IMG/VR virus record: IMGVR_UViG_3300034170_000100
Location: 1 to 64,000 of that record
Strand: one strand, 5' to 3'
Length of the DNA: 64,000 nt
From: a virus
Shown: positions 17,133 through 26,508 of the stretch, in pieces
How positions within the stretch are numbered: position 1 is the stretch's first letter
Layout of the letters: every line of letters starts with the position of its first letter
The notes under the pieces: generated by a model
The model's input: only the letters and a program-made list of their open reading frames with translations
The model's database searches: none
What the model was told of the DNA's origin: nothing
Position numbers and translations under genes: made by a program

Positions 17133-18790
17133 CAGCCGTTGTTGAAGTTCCTGTCGATGAAGTGCAACGTTCGGTGGATAGCTGGTTGGATAATGTCGAT
17201 TACAGCATCGACCCTCGTTATGTGCCCAGTCAGTTCGCTTTGGAGTTCGTCACCTTCATTAAGCTGGTGAATGGCGGGCAAGGCGAGGAAAACGAAACAC
17301 CTGTGCTCCACTTGAAGATGTTGGACAATATTGACGACATCGAGTACGACGATAAAGGCGAGCTGAACAAGTTCCCTCGCTTGGCAAACATGGTGTTCCG
17401 GGGTGCGGCAAAGACCACACTGATGGGGGAATATCTGTTCCTGTACATCGGAATGTACGGTGGCCTGCCCAACTTCGGCCGAATTGAGCTGGCTCTGTAC
17501 GTCTCGGACTCCATGGAGAACGGCGTGAAGAACATGCGCAAGAACTTGGAGTTCCGCTACGAAGAGAGCGACTTCTTGCAGAAGTACATGCCGAAGAAGT
17601 CGCCTGACTGTCCTAATGGCACCGAGTTCACGGATATGCGCTGGAAGTTCCGTAACCTAGACGGGAACATCTTTATCGTCAAAGGTTACGGCGCCAAGAC
17701 CGGTGTCCGGGGTTCCAAGGAAATGGGTAAGCGGCCACGCCTGGCAGTGCTCGATGACTTGCTATCTGATGATGATGCACGTTCTCCGACGGTAATTGCC
17801 GCGGTTGAGGACACAATCTACAAGGCGGTCGACCACGCACTGCATCCTGAGCGCAACATGATCATTTGGTCGGGCACACCCTTCAACGCGAAAGATCCGC
17901 TATACAAAGCGGTCGAGTCGGGGGCTTGGCGGGTCAACGTGTACCCTGTGTGCAACCAGTTCCCTTGTGCAGAGGAAGACTTCTGCGGTGCGTGGGCTGA
18001 CCGTTTCACCTTCAGCTTTGTAAAAAAGAAGTACGAGACTGCGGTAAAGGTAGGCAAAGTCGACACATTCAACCAGGAACTGATGCTTCGCATCATGTCC
18101 GAGGAGGATCGGCTGATTCAAGACGGGGAAGTAGGCTGGTACAAGCACAAGAACGTGCTGGACTTCAAATCCAACTTCAACTTCTACATTACGACGGACT
18201 TCGCCACATCCGAGAAGCAATCGGCGGACTTCAGCGTGATCAGCGTGTGGGCGTATAACTACAACGGTGACTGGTATTGGGTGGACGGCATCTGCAAACG
18301 GCAGGACATGTCGGCCAACATCAGTGATCTTTTCACTATGGTTTCGCGTTGGCGCCCTCTTGGTGTGGGTGTGGAGGTCTCTGGTCAACAATCTGGTTTT
18401 ATTCCTTGGATTCAGGACCAGATGATGCAGAAGAACATCTATTTCAACCTGACCAGTGAGGGGAACAGCAGTAAGCCGGGTATTCGTCCGAACACGAACA
18501 AGATGGTCCGGTTTAACACCGTGATCCCCTTGTTCAAGCTGCACAAGATCTACTTCCCTCTTGAGCACAAGATGGGGTCGATCATGATGGAAATGATGAA
18601 CGAGATCAGTCTTGCCTCTAGTTCAGGGTTCCGGTCGAAGAAAGACGACTTCATCGACACCATCTCGATGCTCTCGGTGATGAAACCAATTGCCCCGACT
18701 GCCCAGGAGATTGATCATCGCACGGGCGGTGGAATGTGGGATGATGACGACGTATCCACAGCAAGCCCGCTTTCCAATTACTTAGTGTGA
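17129..18790 (+). CDS. terminase large subunit (N4 gp68-like)
   Basis: Walker A variant FRGAAKTT, Walker B LAVLDD, nuclease TTDFA and DDFID. Confidence 0.93.
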   Translation: MTAVVEVPVDEVQRSVDSWLDNVDYSIDPRYVPSQFALEFVTFIKLVNGGQGEENETPVLHLKMLDNIDDIEYDDKGELNKFPRLANMVFRGAAKTTLMGEYLFLYIGMYGGLPNFGRIELALYVSDSMENGVKNMRKNLEFRYEESDFLQKYMPKKSPDCPNGTEFTDMRWKFRNLDGNIFIVKGYGAKTGVRGSKEMGKRPRLAVLDDLLSDDDARSPTVIAAVEDTIYKAVDHALHPERNMIIWSGTPFNAKDPLYKAVESGAWRVNVYPVCNQFPCAEEDFCGAWADRFTFSFVKKKYETAVKVGKVDTFNQELMLRIMSEEDRLIQDGEVGWYKHKNVLDFKSNFNFYITTDFATSEKQSADFSVISVWAYNYNGDWYWVDGICKRQDMSANISDLFTMVSRWRPLGVGVEVSGQQSGFIPWIQDQMMQKNIYFNLTSEGNSSKPGIRPNTNKMVRFNTVIPLFKLHKIYFPLEHKMGSIMMEMMNEISLASSSGFRSKKDDFIDTISMLSVMKPIAPTAQEIDHRTGGGMWDDDDVSTASPLSNYLV

Positions 18791-18797
18791 GGCAAAA

Positions 18798-19463
18798 ATG
18801 AAACTCTCGACCATCTTCAGTCAGATGGAAACAACTGAGCTGAATCAACTGAGCTGCATCGATAAGGTCACGAAGAAGATCAGCCCGGACAAATACCAGG
18901 CAATCGTCGACGTAATGAACCAGGGTCTTGTTGACTTGAACACTCGCTTCAAATTCCAAATCGGCAAGGTCGAGGTACCGATCGATCCTGCTATTGGCGA
19001 GTATGACCTGAGCAAGTTTGACGCCCAGGTACGCGGACGCTTCATGCAACTGCATGATGTGAAGGATGAGTGTGGTAACACGATCCCGGTGAACACCTTC
19101 ACCGACCGTGGGGTTAACTTCCGCTCGGCCCTGATCATGGAAGTGCCGGCCTACTTGCGGCAGGTGCACCCGATGCGGGTTGTGACAGTGCAGTATCGCT
19201 CACTGCCTAAGAAAATTGGGGACTGCTACGGTGACATCGACCCGGAGATGATCGACGTTGATTTGCCGGTGATGTACGTTTGGGCATTGTGCCTCTATGT
19301 TGCGAGCCGGCTGCACACCCCAGTGGGTTTAACGGACGGAACCTACCGAACCAACGCATTCCTGGGGTTGTACAACGCAGAGTGCAACCGCCTGGAGGAA
19401 GGTGGCTTTGACCTGGACTATCAACAGGACATGGGCCATCACCGTCGAGGCGGCTGGGCATAA
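18798..19463 (+). CDS. N4 gp67-like virion/adaptor protein
   Basis: synteny, size, ALCLYVASR pattern. Confidence 0.7.
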   Translation: MKLSTIFSQMETTELNQLSCIDKVTKKISPDKYQAIVDVMNQGLVDLNTRFKFQIGKVEVPIDPAIGEYDLSKFDAQVRGRFMQLHDVKDECGNTIPVNTFTDRGVNFRSALIMEVPAYLRQVHPMRVVTVQYRSLPKKIGDCYGDIDPEMIDVDLPVMYVWALCLYVASRLHTPVGLTDGTYRTNAFLGLYNAECNRLEEGGFDLDYQQDMGHHRRGGWA

Positions 19464-19464
19464 C

Positions 19465-19496
19465 GAAGAAGGGGACCGTTTGGTCCCCTTTCTTTT
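19465..19496 (+). terminator. bidirectional intrinsic terminator
   Basis: AAGGGGACC-GTTT-GGTCCCCTT followed by TCTTTT, between convergent genes. Confidence 0.75.
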
Positions 19497-20010
19497 AAGT
19501 CGCGGCCACTATGGACACTTGCGTCTGCGGGAGGTCTTTTGCATGCACACGAACAGTGCCATTCTCATCCCGCAAGGTAACATCGACTTTATCAGTGCTA
19601 CCAAACCCGCCGATACCGCGATCACTCGCTTCGCTGAACTTGTCGACGAATACCAGCTCAGGTGTACCAACCGGCACTACAATGAACTGAAACAGACGTT
19701 CGCCTGCTGCCCATTGAATAACATCTCCTGTGCGCCCACGCACGTTCACTTTCCACTCGCCTTCATAGTCGCTGTCGATAACACCAACAGTATTGCCCAA
19801 TTGAATACCGTGTTTCACACCTGCGCTGGAACGTGGCAGAATCAGGGCAACATAACCCTTTGGCACTTTGGCTGCGAAGCCCAAACCCGTCAAATAGGAG
19901 GGGGTGCCCAAGGTAGCGCCTGCTACAGGCATGAACAGGTCATAACCTGCGGCGCCTTCGGTACCGCGTACAGGGGTGATTAAATCCGGGTGAAGTCTAA
20001 CGATTTCCAT
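19495..20010 (-). CDS. dut: trimeric dUTPase
   Basis: AAGYDL, PRSS, GVIDSDYEGE and RGIGGFGST motifs. Confidence 0.95.
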   Translation of the reverse strand: MEIVRLHPDLITPVRGTEGAAGYDLFMPVAGATLGTPSYLTGLGFAAKVPKGYVALILPRSSAGVKHGIQLGNTVGVIDSDYEGEWKVNVRGRTGDVIQWAAGERLFQFIVVPVGTPELVFVDKFSEASDRGIGGFGSTDKVDVTLRDENGTVRVHAKDLPQTQVSIVAAT

Positions 20011-20046
20011 TAATATGCTCTCTTTACTGGTTTAGGGGATGTGCAC

Positions 20047-22200
20047 ATGGCACAAGATGAACAACAACCGCTGGATACGCTGAACCAGCATAAACTGACA
20101 GATTGGTCTCACGAACCAACTCTGGCGGAATTAAAGCTCGATGTCGAGAACTCTGCTACTGCGCACAAAACGCAGGTGACGCTAATTGACGGCTGGCTTG
20201 AATATCTACACGCGACTGGTAAAGGTGCGGCGCCGAAGGAGAAGAACAAGTCTCAGGCCCAGCCAAAGCTCATTCGCCAGCAAGCAGAGTGGCGATACGC
20301 TTCTTTGTCCGAGCCTTTCCTTTCTTCCCCAGACATCTTCGAACTGAAGCCGGTTACCTGGGAAGATCGTAATGCTGCGATGCAGAATGGTCTGCTGCTC
20401 AACAACCAGATGAACACCCGCATCGACAAGCAACACTTGATCGACACGATGGTTCGCTGTGCTGTTGATACCGGCGTGGCCTTCCTGAAGACCGGTTGGT
20501 TGCGTGAAGTCAAGAAGGTGAAGCGCCAGGTACCTCAATACGAGCTGACGCAAAATCCTGAATACTTGCAGATCATGCAGGAACTTGATGCACTCAAGGC
20601 TGAATCGCCGTCGCAGTATTACGAAGTCGATGAAGGTTACCGTCTTGCGCATGAAACCTACGAAACCGATGGCATTCCGTATGCTCCGGTGCAAGTAGGG
20701 TTCATTGAAGAAGAACAGGAAGACGTTATTCAGAACCACCCTACGTTGGAGGTGATTTCACACAAGAACATCATCGTTGACCCAACGTGCAAAGGTATCC
20801 TGGAAAACGCCGGCTTTATCGTGCACAAGTTCCTGACCAGCAAGTCCGAGCTGAAGAAGGACGGTCGTTACAAGAACCTGGACAAAATTGTCACTGACAA
20901 GGCCCAGCCACTTTCAGAGCCTGACTTTGATGTGGGCGTAAAAGATCGGACGTTCAACTTCGCGGATAAAGCCCGAACCAAGATGGTTGCCTATGAGTAC
21001 TGGGGCTTCCGTGATATTGACGGCTCCGGTGTAGTGAAGCCGTTTGTGGCTACCTGGGTAGGCGACATTCTGATCCGTATGGAAGAAAACCCGTTCCCAG
21101 ATGAGAAGCTGCCCTTTGTTGCAATTCCATACCTTCCGGTGTACGAATCGGTATATGGCGAGAGCGATGGCTCGCTGCTGATCGAAAACCAGAAGACTGT
21201 TGGTGCAATCCAGCGTGGCATGATTGACGTGTTCGCCAAGTCTGCCAACGGCCAGACCGGTATTGCAAAGGGCGCCCTCGACGCACCGAACAAGCGCAAG
21301 TTTGTTGAAGGTGGTGACTACGAGTTCAACCCGGGCAACGATCCACGGTCGGCGATCCACATGCACACCTTCCAGGAAATTCCTGTGTCGGCGTGGCAGA
21401 TGTTGCAAGCGCAAAACCAGCAAGCTGAAGCAATGACCGGGGTCCAGGCTTTCTCTGCTGGCTTGAGTGGTACGTCTCTGGGCGATACTGCCACTGGTGT
21501 GCGTGGTGCTCTGGATGCTGCGTCGAAGCGTGAGCTGGGCATTCTGCGGCGTCTCGCTGCCGGTGTAGTGAAGGCCGGCCGCAAGATGATCGCCATGAAC
21601 GCGGCATTCTTGGAAGACAAGGAAGTCATTCGGGTAACCAACGATTCGTTCGTGGACATTCGACGTGACGACCTGGCCGGCAACTTCGACATCAGCCTGG
21701 GTATCTCCACGGCCGAGGAGGACAATGCCAAGGCTCAAGAACTGTCCTTCATGCTGCAAACTGTTGGCCCTAACGTAGGCTGGGAAGTGACGGCAATCAT
21801 CCTGGCAGACATTGCACGCTTGCGCAAAATGCCTGACTTGGCCAAGAAGATTGAGGACTATCAGCCGCAACCTGATCCTGTTGCTCAGCAAAAAGCACAA
21901 CTGGAACTCGCCTTGTTGCAGGCGCAGATTGTTACCGAACAAGCGCGCGCCGCACAGTTCGGCTCCAATGCTCAACTGCATCAGGTCAAGCAGGGCACCG
22001 AAGTTGCGAAGGCCAACGCACTCAATGCGAACGCCGACAAAACTAACCTCGACTTCTTGGAACAGGAGTCCGGTGTTAAGCAAGAACGCGATAAGGAGAT
22101 CATGGACAAACAGCACCAGGGTCAGGCACAGTTGCAGGCAGTTCAATCAGCTATCCGGCAACAAGAAGCAAGTCAGATGAATAAACCTGGCGCTACGTAA
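20047..22200 (+). CDS. portal protein (N4 gp59-like)
   Basis: PKLIRQQAEWRYASLSEPFL motif, size, synteny. Confidence 0.9.
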   Translation: MAQDEQQPLDTLNQHKLTDWSHEPTLAELKLDVENSATAHKTQVTLIDGWLEYLHATGKGAAPKEKNKSQAQPKLIRQQAEWRYASLSEPFLSSPDIFELKPVTWEDRNAAMQNGLLLNNQMNTRIDKQHLIDTMVRCAVDTGVAFLKTGWLREVKKVKRQVPQYELTQNPEYLQIMQELDALKAESPSQYYEVDEGYRLAHETYETDGIPYAPVQVGFIEEEQEDVIQNHPTLEVISHKNIIVDPTCKGILENAGFIVHKFLTSKSELKKDGRYKNLDKIVTDKAQPLSEPDFDVGVKDRTFNFADKARTKMVAYEYWGFRDIDGSGVVKPFVATWVGDILIRMEENPFPDEKLPFVAIPYLPVYESVYGESDGSLLIENQKTVGAIQRGMIDVFAKSANGQTGIAKGALDAPNKRKFVEGGDYEFNPGNDPRSAIHMHTFQEIPVSAWQMLQAQNQQAEAMTGVQAFSAGLSGTSLGDTATGVRGALDAASKRELGILRRLAAGVVKAGRKMIAMNAAFLEDKEVIRVTNDSFVDIRRDDLAGNFDISLGISTAEEDNAKAQELSFMLQTVGPNVGWEVTAIILADIARLRKMPDLAKKIEDYQPQPDPVAQQKAQLELALLQAQIVTEQARAAQFGSNAQLHQVKQGTEVAKANALNANADKTNLDFLEQESGVKQERDKEIMDKQHQGQAQLQAVQSAIRQQEASQMNKPGAT

Positions 22201-22264
22201 CGACAAGCGGTAATATGCGGGACTTCAAACGAAGTCCCCTTTAATTCACTCAGGAGCACCCCAA

Positions 22265-22606
22265 ATGGGCAATGCAACTAAAGAAATCGAAGTAACCATC
22301 GAGCAGTGCAATGAGCGCATCGAAATGGCACGTAAGCTCGAAAGTCTGCTGAACAACCCCGACTTCAACGATTTGATCATGACCGGTTACATGGAGCGCG
22401 AGTCGCACCGCCTTACCCTCATGCTTGCAGACCCGGCGTGTGAAACTGCCCAAGGTCAGACCAACGTAGTGCGCGACCTGTCCGCCATCGCCCAACTCAA
22501 TGCCTACTTCCGCAAAGTGCGTCTGGCCGGCAAAGTGGCCCTTAACACCAAACGTGACCACGAAGAAGAACTTCAACTGCGTCTGATCGAAGAGTTGGAG
22601 GAATAA
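22265..22606 (+). CDS. N4 gp58-like conserved protein
   Basis: between portal and gp57-like gene; AGGAG RBS. Confidence 0.75.
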   Translation: MGNATKEIEVTIEQCNERIEMARKLESLLNNPDFNDLIMTGYMERESHRLTLMLADPACETAQGQTNVVRDLSAIAQLNAYFRKVRLAGKVALNTKRDHEEELQLRLIEELEE

Positions 22607-22609
22607 GCC

Positions 22610-23755
22610 ATGGCCGACTTCCTCTCTATGTCTGATGCGGACTTCTTGTCTGCCGGTCCCGCCAAGTTAGTGGAAGCGCAAGCCGCTTCAGAGGTTGCTG
22701 TCGATGCGGAGCCCGTCGTTGTTGCCGAAGTACCTGCCACCGTCGAAAGCACAGAAGTTTCTGCTGACGCTAATACGTCCCCCGAAGCTGAGCAAGAAGG
22801 CGAAACGCAGGGCGAAGTCAGCGAAAGTGCTGAAAGCCAAGCAGCTGACGACCTTACTGACCCGCTTGGCGAAGATGCCGACGTTGAGATTGATGGCCTC
22901 GTAGCTGAAAAGCCCAAAGTAGCGGCGGAGCCTGCTGCTTCTACTGGTTTACCTGAAGGCGTAGAACGTATCTTTGGGACTATCCGGGCCAACGGCCGGG
23001 ACATGCAAGTCAAGAACGTCGACGAAGCTATCCGTCTTATTCAGATGGGTGCCAACTATTCGCAGAAACGTGCAGCTGACAAGAAGAACCTGTCGTATGT
23101 GCGAGTTCTGGAACAAAATGGCATGCTCGACCACGAAAAGTTGTCGTTTGCAGTTGACTTGCTTGCCGGAAAGCCCGAAGCTATCGGCAAGTTGTTGAAA
23201 GACAGCAAGATTGACGTTCATGAACTGGACGATGACAAAGTTGCAGCTTACCGCTCGGAATCTCGGGCACCGTCTGAAGCAACTATGGCCATCGAAGAAG
23301 TTGTCAGTGAGCTGGAAGGCAACGAACACTTCGGTCGTTTGGTTGGCGAAATGAAGAACTGGGATACACAATCCCAAGCTCTGCTGGGTCAACACCCACA
23401 ATCGCTGGCACAACTCACCGAACAGGTCGAATCTGGCGTTTATGACAAAGTCATGGACGAAGTCAATCGCCAACAAGTTTTGGGTAACTTTAAAGGTGTA
23501 CCGCTGATGCAAGTGTACAACCAGATCGGCCAGGAAATGGCTGCTGCTGGCGCCTTTAACGCCCCGGCCCCGAAGGGTCCAGTTACAAAGCTGGTAACTC
23601 CGGGCAAAAAACCTTCCGCAGCCCCAAAAGCTGATGAAGAACGCCGTCGCGCTGCTGCCCCGTCGAAGGGTGTAACGACTGCAACTGAAGAAGCAAAAGA
23701 TCCGAAGTTTCTCGCTATGAGTGACGAGGATTTTATGAAGACCCTTAAACGATAA
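22610..23755 (+). CDS. N4 gp57-like protein (probable scaffold, often labelled tape measure)
   Basis: acidic low-complexity N-terminus, LIQMGANY motif, FL(S/A)MSD repeated at both termini, directly upstream of MCP. Confidence 0.8.
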   Translation: MADFLSMSDADFLSAGPAKLVEAQAASEVAVDAEPVVVAEVPATVESTEVSADANTSPEAEQEGETQGEVSESAESQAADDLTDPLGEDADVEIDGLVAEKPKVAAEPAASTGLPEGVERIFGTIRANGRDMQVKNVDEAIRLIQMGANYSQKRAADKKNLSYVRVLEQNGMLDHEKLSFAVDLLAGKPEAIGKLLKDSKIDVHELDDDKVAAYRSESRAPSEATMAIEEVVSELEGNEHFGRLVGEMKNWDTQSQALLGQHPQSLAQLTEQVESGVYDKVMDEVNRQQVLGNFKGVPLMQVYNQIGQEMAAAGAFNAPAPKGPVTKLVTPGKKPSAAPKADEERRRAAAPSKGVTTATEEAKDPKFLAMSDEDFMKTLKR

Positions 23756-23769
23756 AAGGAAACGCCGAC

Positions 23770-24960
23770 ATGGCAGCGCCAAACGTATATAAACCGATGT
23801 CTTACAACGCCCCACCGGGCACCCCTTCGAGCATCGGTCCACAGGCTTACGAGGAGTTTCACCAGAAACAAGCCCTGATCGAAGCTCGACGTGAACAGTT
23901 CTTTACCCAACTGGCCGACGTGACCGTCATGCCCAAGAACATGGGCAAAAAGATCACCAAGTTCCACTACATCCCGCTGCTAGACGACCGCAACGTCAAC
24001 GACCAGGGTATTGACGCAAACGGCGCCGTAATCGCCAACGGTAACCTGTACGGTTCCAGCAAAGACATCGGTTTGATCCCGGGCAAACTGCCGGCTTTGA
24101 CTGAACACGGCGGTCGTGTTAACCGTGTTGGTTTCACCCGTATCGAGCTGGAAGGCACCCTGGAAAAATTCGGTTTCTACGACGAATTCACCCAGGAATC
24201 GATGGACTTCGACAGCGATGCCGAACTGGATATGCACATCACCCGTGAAATGGTGACCGGTGCGCACCAGATGTCCGAAGCGGCTCTGCAAATCGACCTG
24301 ATCAACGCCGCTGGCGTGATCCGTTACGCCGGTGACGCTACCAGCACCGCAACTATCGGCAAAGATGACTTGGTCACCTACGACGACCTGCTGCGCCTGG
24401 GCATTCAGCTGACCAACAACCGTACCCCGCGTACCATCACGCAGATCAACGGCACCCGTCTGACCGACACCCGTACCATCCCAGGCGCCCGTCCTCTGCA
24501 CTGCGGCTCCGAGCTGATCCCGACGCTGAAAGGCATGAAGGATATGCACGGTAACCCGGCATTCATCTCTGTTGAGAAGTATGCTGCCGGTGGCGAAACC
24601 CTGATCGGTGAAATCGGCCAGATCGATGAATTCCGCATCATCATCGTGCCGGAAATGCTGAAGTGGGCTGGCGCTGGCGCGGCCATCGAAGTTGGTGATG
24701 CTTCCAACCACGATGACGGCGTGAAGTACGACGTGTTCCCAATGCTCTGTATCGGTCAAGGCTCGTTCACTACCATCGGCTTCCAAACTGATGGCCAGTC
24801 GACCAAGTTCAAGATCATCAAGAAGATGCCTGGCGTTGAAACCGCCGACCGTCTGGACCCGTATGGCGAGATGGGCTTCATGGCCATCAAGTGGTACTAC
24901 GGCTTCATGACCCTGCGTTCCGAGCGCATCGGTCTGATCAAGACTGTAGCCCGCCTGTAA
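23770..24960 (+). CDS. major capsid protein (N4 gp56-like)
   Basis: PLLDDRNVNDQGIDA, GNLYGSSKD, GGRVNRVGF and DPYGE motifs. Confidence 0.95.
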   Translation: MAAPNVYKPMSYNAPPGTPSSIGPQAYEEFHQKQALIEARREQFFTQLADVTVMPKNMGKKITKFHYIPLLDDRNVNDQGIDANGAVIANGNLYGSSKDIGLIPGKLPALTEHGGRVNRVGFTRIELEGTLEKFGFYDEFTQESMDFDSDAELDMHITREMVTGAHQMSEAALQIDLINAAGVIRYAGDATSTATIGKDDLVTYDDLLRLGIQLTNNRTPRTITQINGTRLTDTRTIPGARPLHCGSELIPTLKGMKDMHGNPAFISVEKYAAGGETLIGEIGQIDEFRIIIVPEMLKWAGAGAAIEVGDASNHDDGVKYDVFPMLCIGQGSFTTIGFQTDGQSTKFKIIKKMPGVETADRLDPYGEMGFMAIKWYYGFMTLRSERIGLIKTVARL

Positions 24961-24979
24961 CGGCAAAGTAATACCATTT

Positions 24980-25001
24980 GGGGAGCTTCGGCTCTCCTTT
25001 T
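24980..25001 (+). terminator. terminator-like hairpin after MCP
   Basis: GGGAGC-TTCG-GCTCTC followed by CTTTT. Confidence 0.65.
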
Positions 25002-25035
25002 GGGTACAACCCACACCGTTTCCAGGAGAAACGCA

Positions 25036-25734
25036 ATGTCCGAACAAACTTCGCAAGATCAAGCACCATCCGAACTGGAATTGCTGCAAAAACGTGCAGC
25101 TGCCCTGAACATCACCATTGACGGCCGCTGGGGCGTCGAAAAGCTGCGTGAAGTCGTAGCTGCTGCGTTGGCTGAAAAACCTGCGGCAACTCCTGCACCT
25201 GCGCCTGTTGTTGTACCAGTTGCACAACCTATTGTGGTAGCAGTAGCTAAACCAGTGGAAGAAGACGACAGCGAGATTAAATCTCCTGTTGCTCCTACTT
25301 TGATGCCAAGTCTCGCCGCTGCAACTGCCGCCGCCCTGGCGCCGGAAGAACTGGCCGCTGAAACCGAAGGCCAGAAGAAAAACCGTCTGCGCCGTGAAGC
25401 TCAGGCGCTGGTCCGTGTTCGCATCAGCTGCATGAACCCGACCAAGAAAAACATGAAGGGCGAGTTGATGTGTGTGTCGAACAAAAACTTCGGCACCATC
25501 CAGCGCTTCATTCCGTTCAACCGCGACTGGCATATCGAGAAGGTGCTGTTTGATGCGCTTTCCGAGCGCGAGTACATGGTGTTCGACCGCGAGAAGACTG
25601 GCCGTGCCAACATCGAAGTCGTGACCCCGCGTTGCGTCCCTGAATTCAACATCGCTGTGCTGCCTCCACTGACCAAGGGCGAACTGAAAGACCTGGGTCA
25701 GCGTCAGGCCATGGCCAACGGTACTGGTGAATAA
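25036..25734 (+). CDS. N4 gp55-like protein
   Basis: LVRVRISCMNPTKK and LPPLTxxEL motifs; synteny. Confidence 0.8.
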   Translation: MSEQTSQDQAPSELELLQKRAAALNITIDGRWGVEKLREVVAAALAEKPAATPAPAPVVVPVAQPIVVAVAKPVEEDDSEIKSPVAPTLMPSLAAATAAALAPEELAAETEGQKKNRLRREAQALVRVRISCMNPTKKNMKGELMCVSNKNFGTIQRFIPFNRDWHIEKVLFDALSEREYMVFDREKTGRANIEVVTPRCVPEFNIAVLPPLTKGELKDLGQRQAMANGTGE

Positions 25735-25736
25735 TC

Positions 25737-26453
25737 ATGGCGCTACCAGATCCAATCACACTGGCTTCGCTTACAGAAGCCCGGGTTGACGGGTCTGGTG
25801 TCTTCGACACGCTTATGCGTGCAATGGCCGGCCACCTGGAACGGGAGTTTGACGACAACCGTTTGCGAGGGGCCGACTATGCCAACGTCTACCTGAACGC
25901 ACTGACCCCGGTATTGCAAAATGCCGTGGGTTTTTTGCTTCAAAAGGATGAAGCTGCGTATAAAGCGCAGTTGGTTGAAGCCCAGATCCGGCTGACTGAA
26001 GTGCAGATCCGTCTGGCCGAGGCGGAACTTGAACGTGAGATTCTGACCAAAGCACTGCTTGCAGCGCAGGTCGATAAGATCACGCAAGAGATTCTGAACC
26101 TGAAGGCCGAAGAATGTGTGCTGAAGGCGCAGTACGACATCGCACTGTCGACCAATCTGCAAACTGTGGCACAGACCTCCCTGGTCAACCAGAAGATCGC
26201 CACCGAGAAGGCGCAGACCTCCGGTATCGGCATTGAGGTGGGTTCGGTAATTGGCAAGCAGGTTGCTCTCTATACCGCGCAAGCTGATGGCTTCCAGCGA
26301 GATGCAGAGCAGAAAGCGGCCAAACTGATGGTCGACTCTTGGAACGTGCGGCGGACCACAGACGTGGGCACCGTAGCGGATGCGACCAACCAACTGAACG
26401 ATGCCAACGTAGGTCGGGCAGTCACTGCTCTACTCGCAGGTGCCGGGGCATAA
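25737..26453 (+). CDS. N4 gp54-like structural protein
   Basis: GSGVFDTLM and GKQVALYTAQ motifs; synteny. Confidence 0.78.
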   Translation: MALPDPITLASLTEARVDGSGVFDTLMRAMAGHLEREFDDNRLRGADYANVYLNALTPVLQNAVGFLLQKDEAAYKAQLVEAQIRLTEVQIRLAEAELEREILTKALLAAQVDKITQEILNLKAEECVLKAQYDIALSTNLQTVAQTSLVNQKIATEKAQTSGIGIEVGSVIGKQVALYTAQADGFQRDAEQKAAKLMVDSWNVRRTTDVGTVADATNQLNDANVGRAVTALLAGAGA

Positions 26454-26470
26454 ACCAAGCGTGATAGGAT

Positions 26471-26498
26471 AGGGGAACTTCGGTTCCCCTTTTTCTTT
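26471..26498 (+). terminator. intrinsic terminator
   Basis: AGGGGAAC-TTCG-GTTCCCCT followed by TTTTCTTT. Confidence 0.8.
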
Positions 26499-26508
26499 GG
26501 AGTCAATA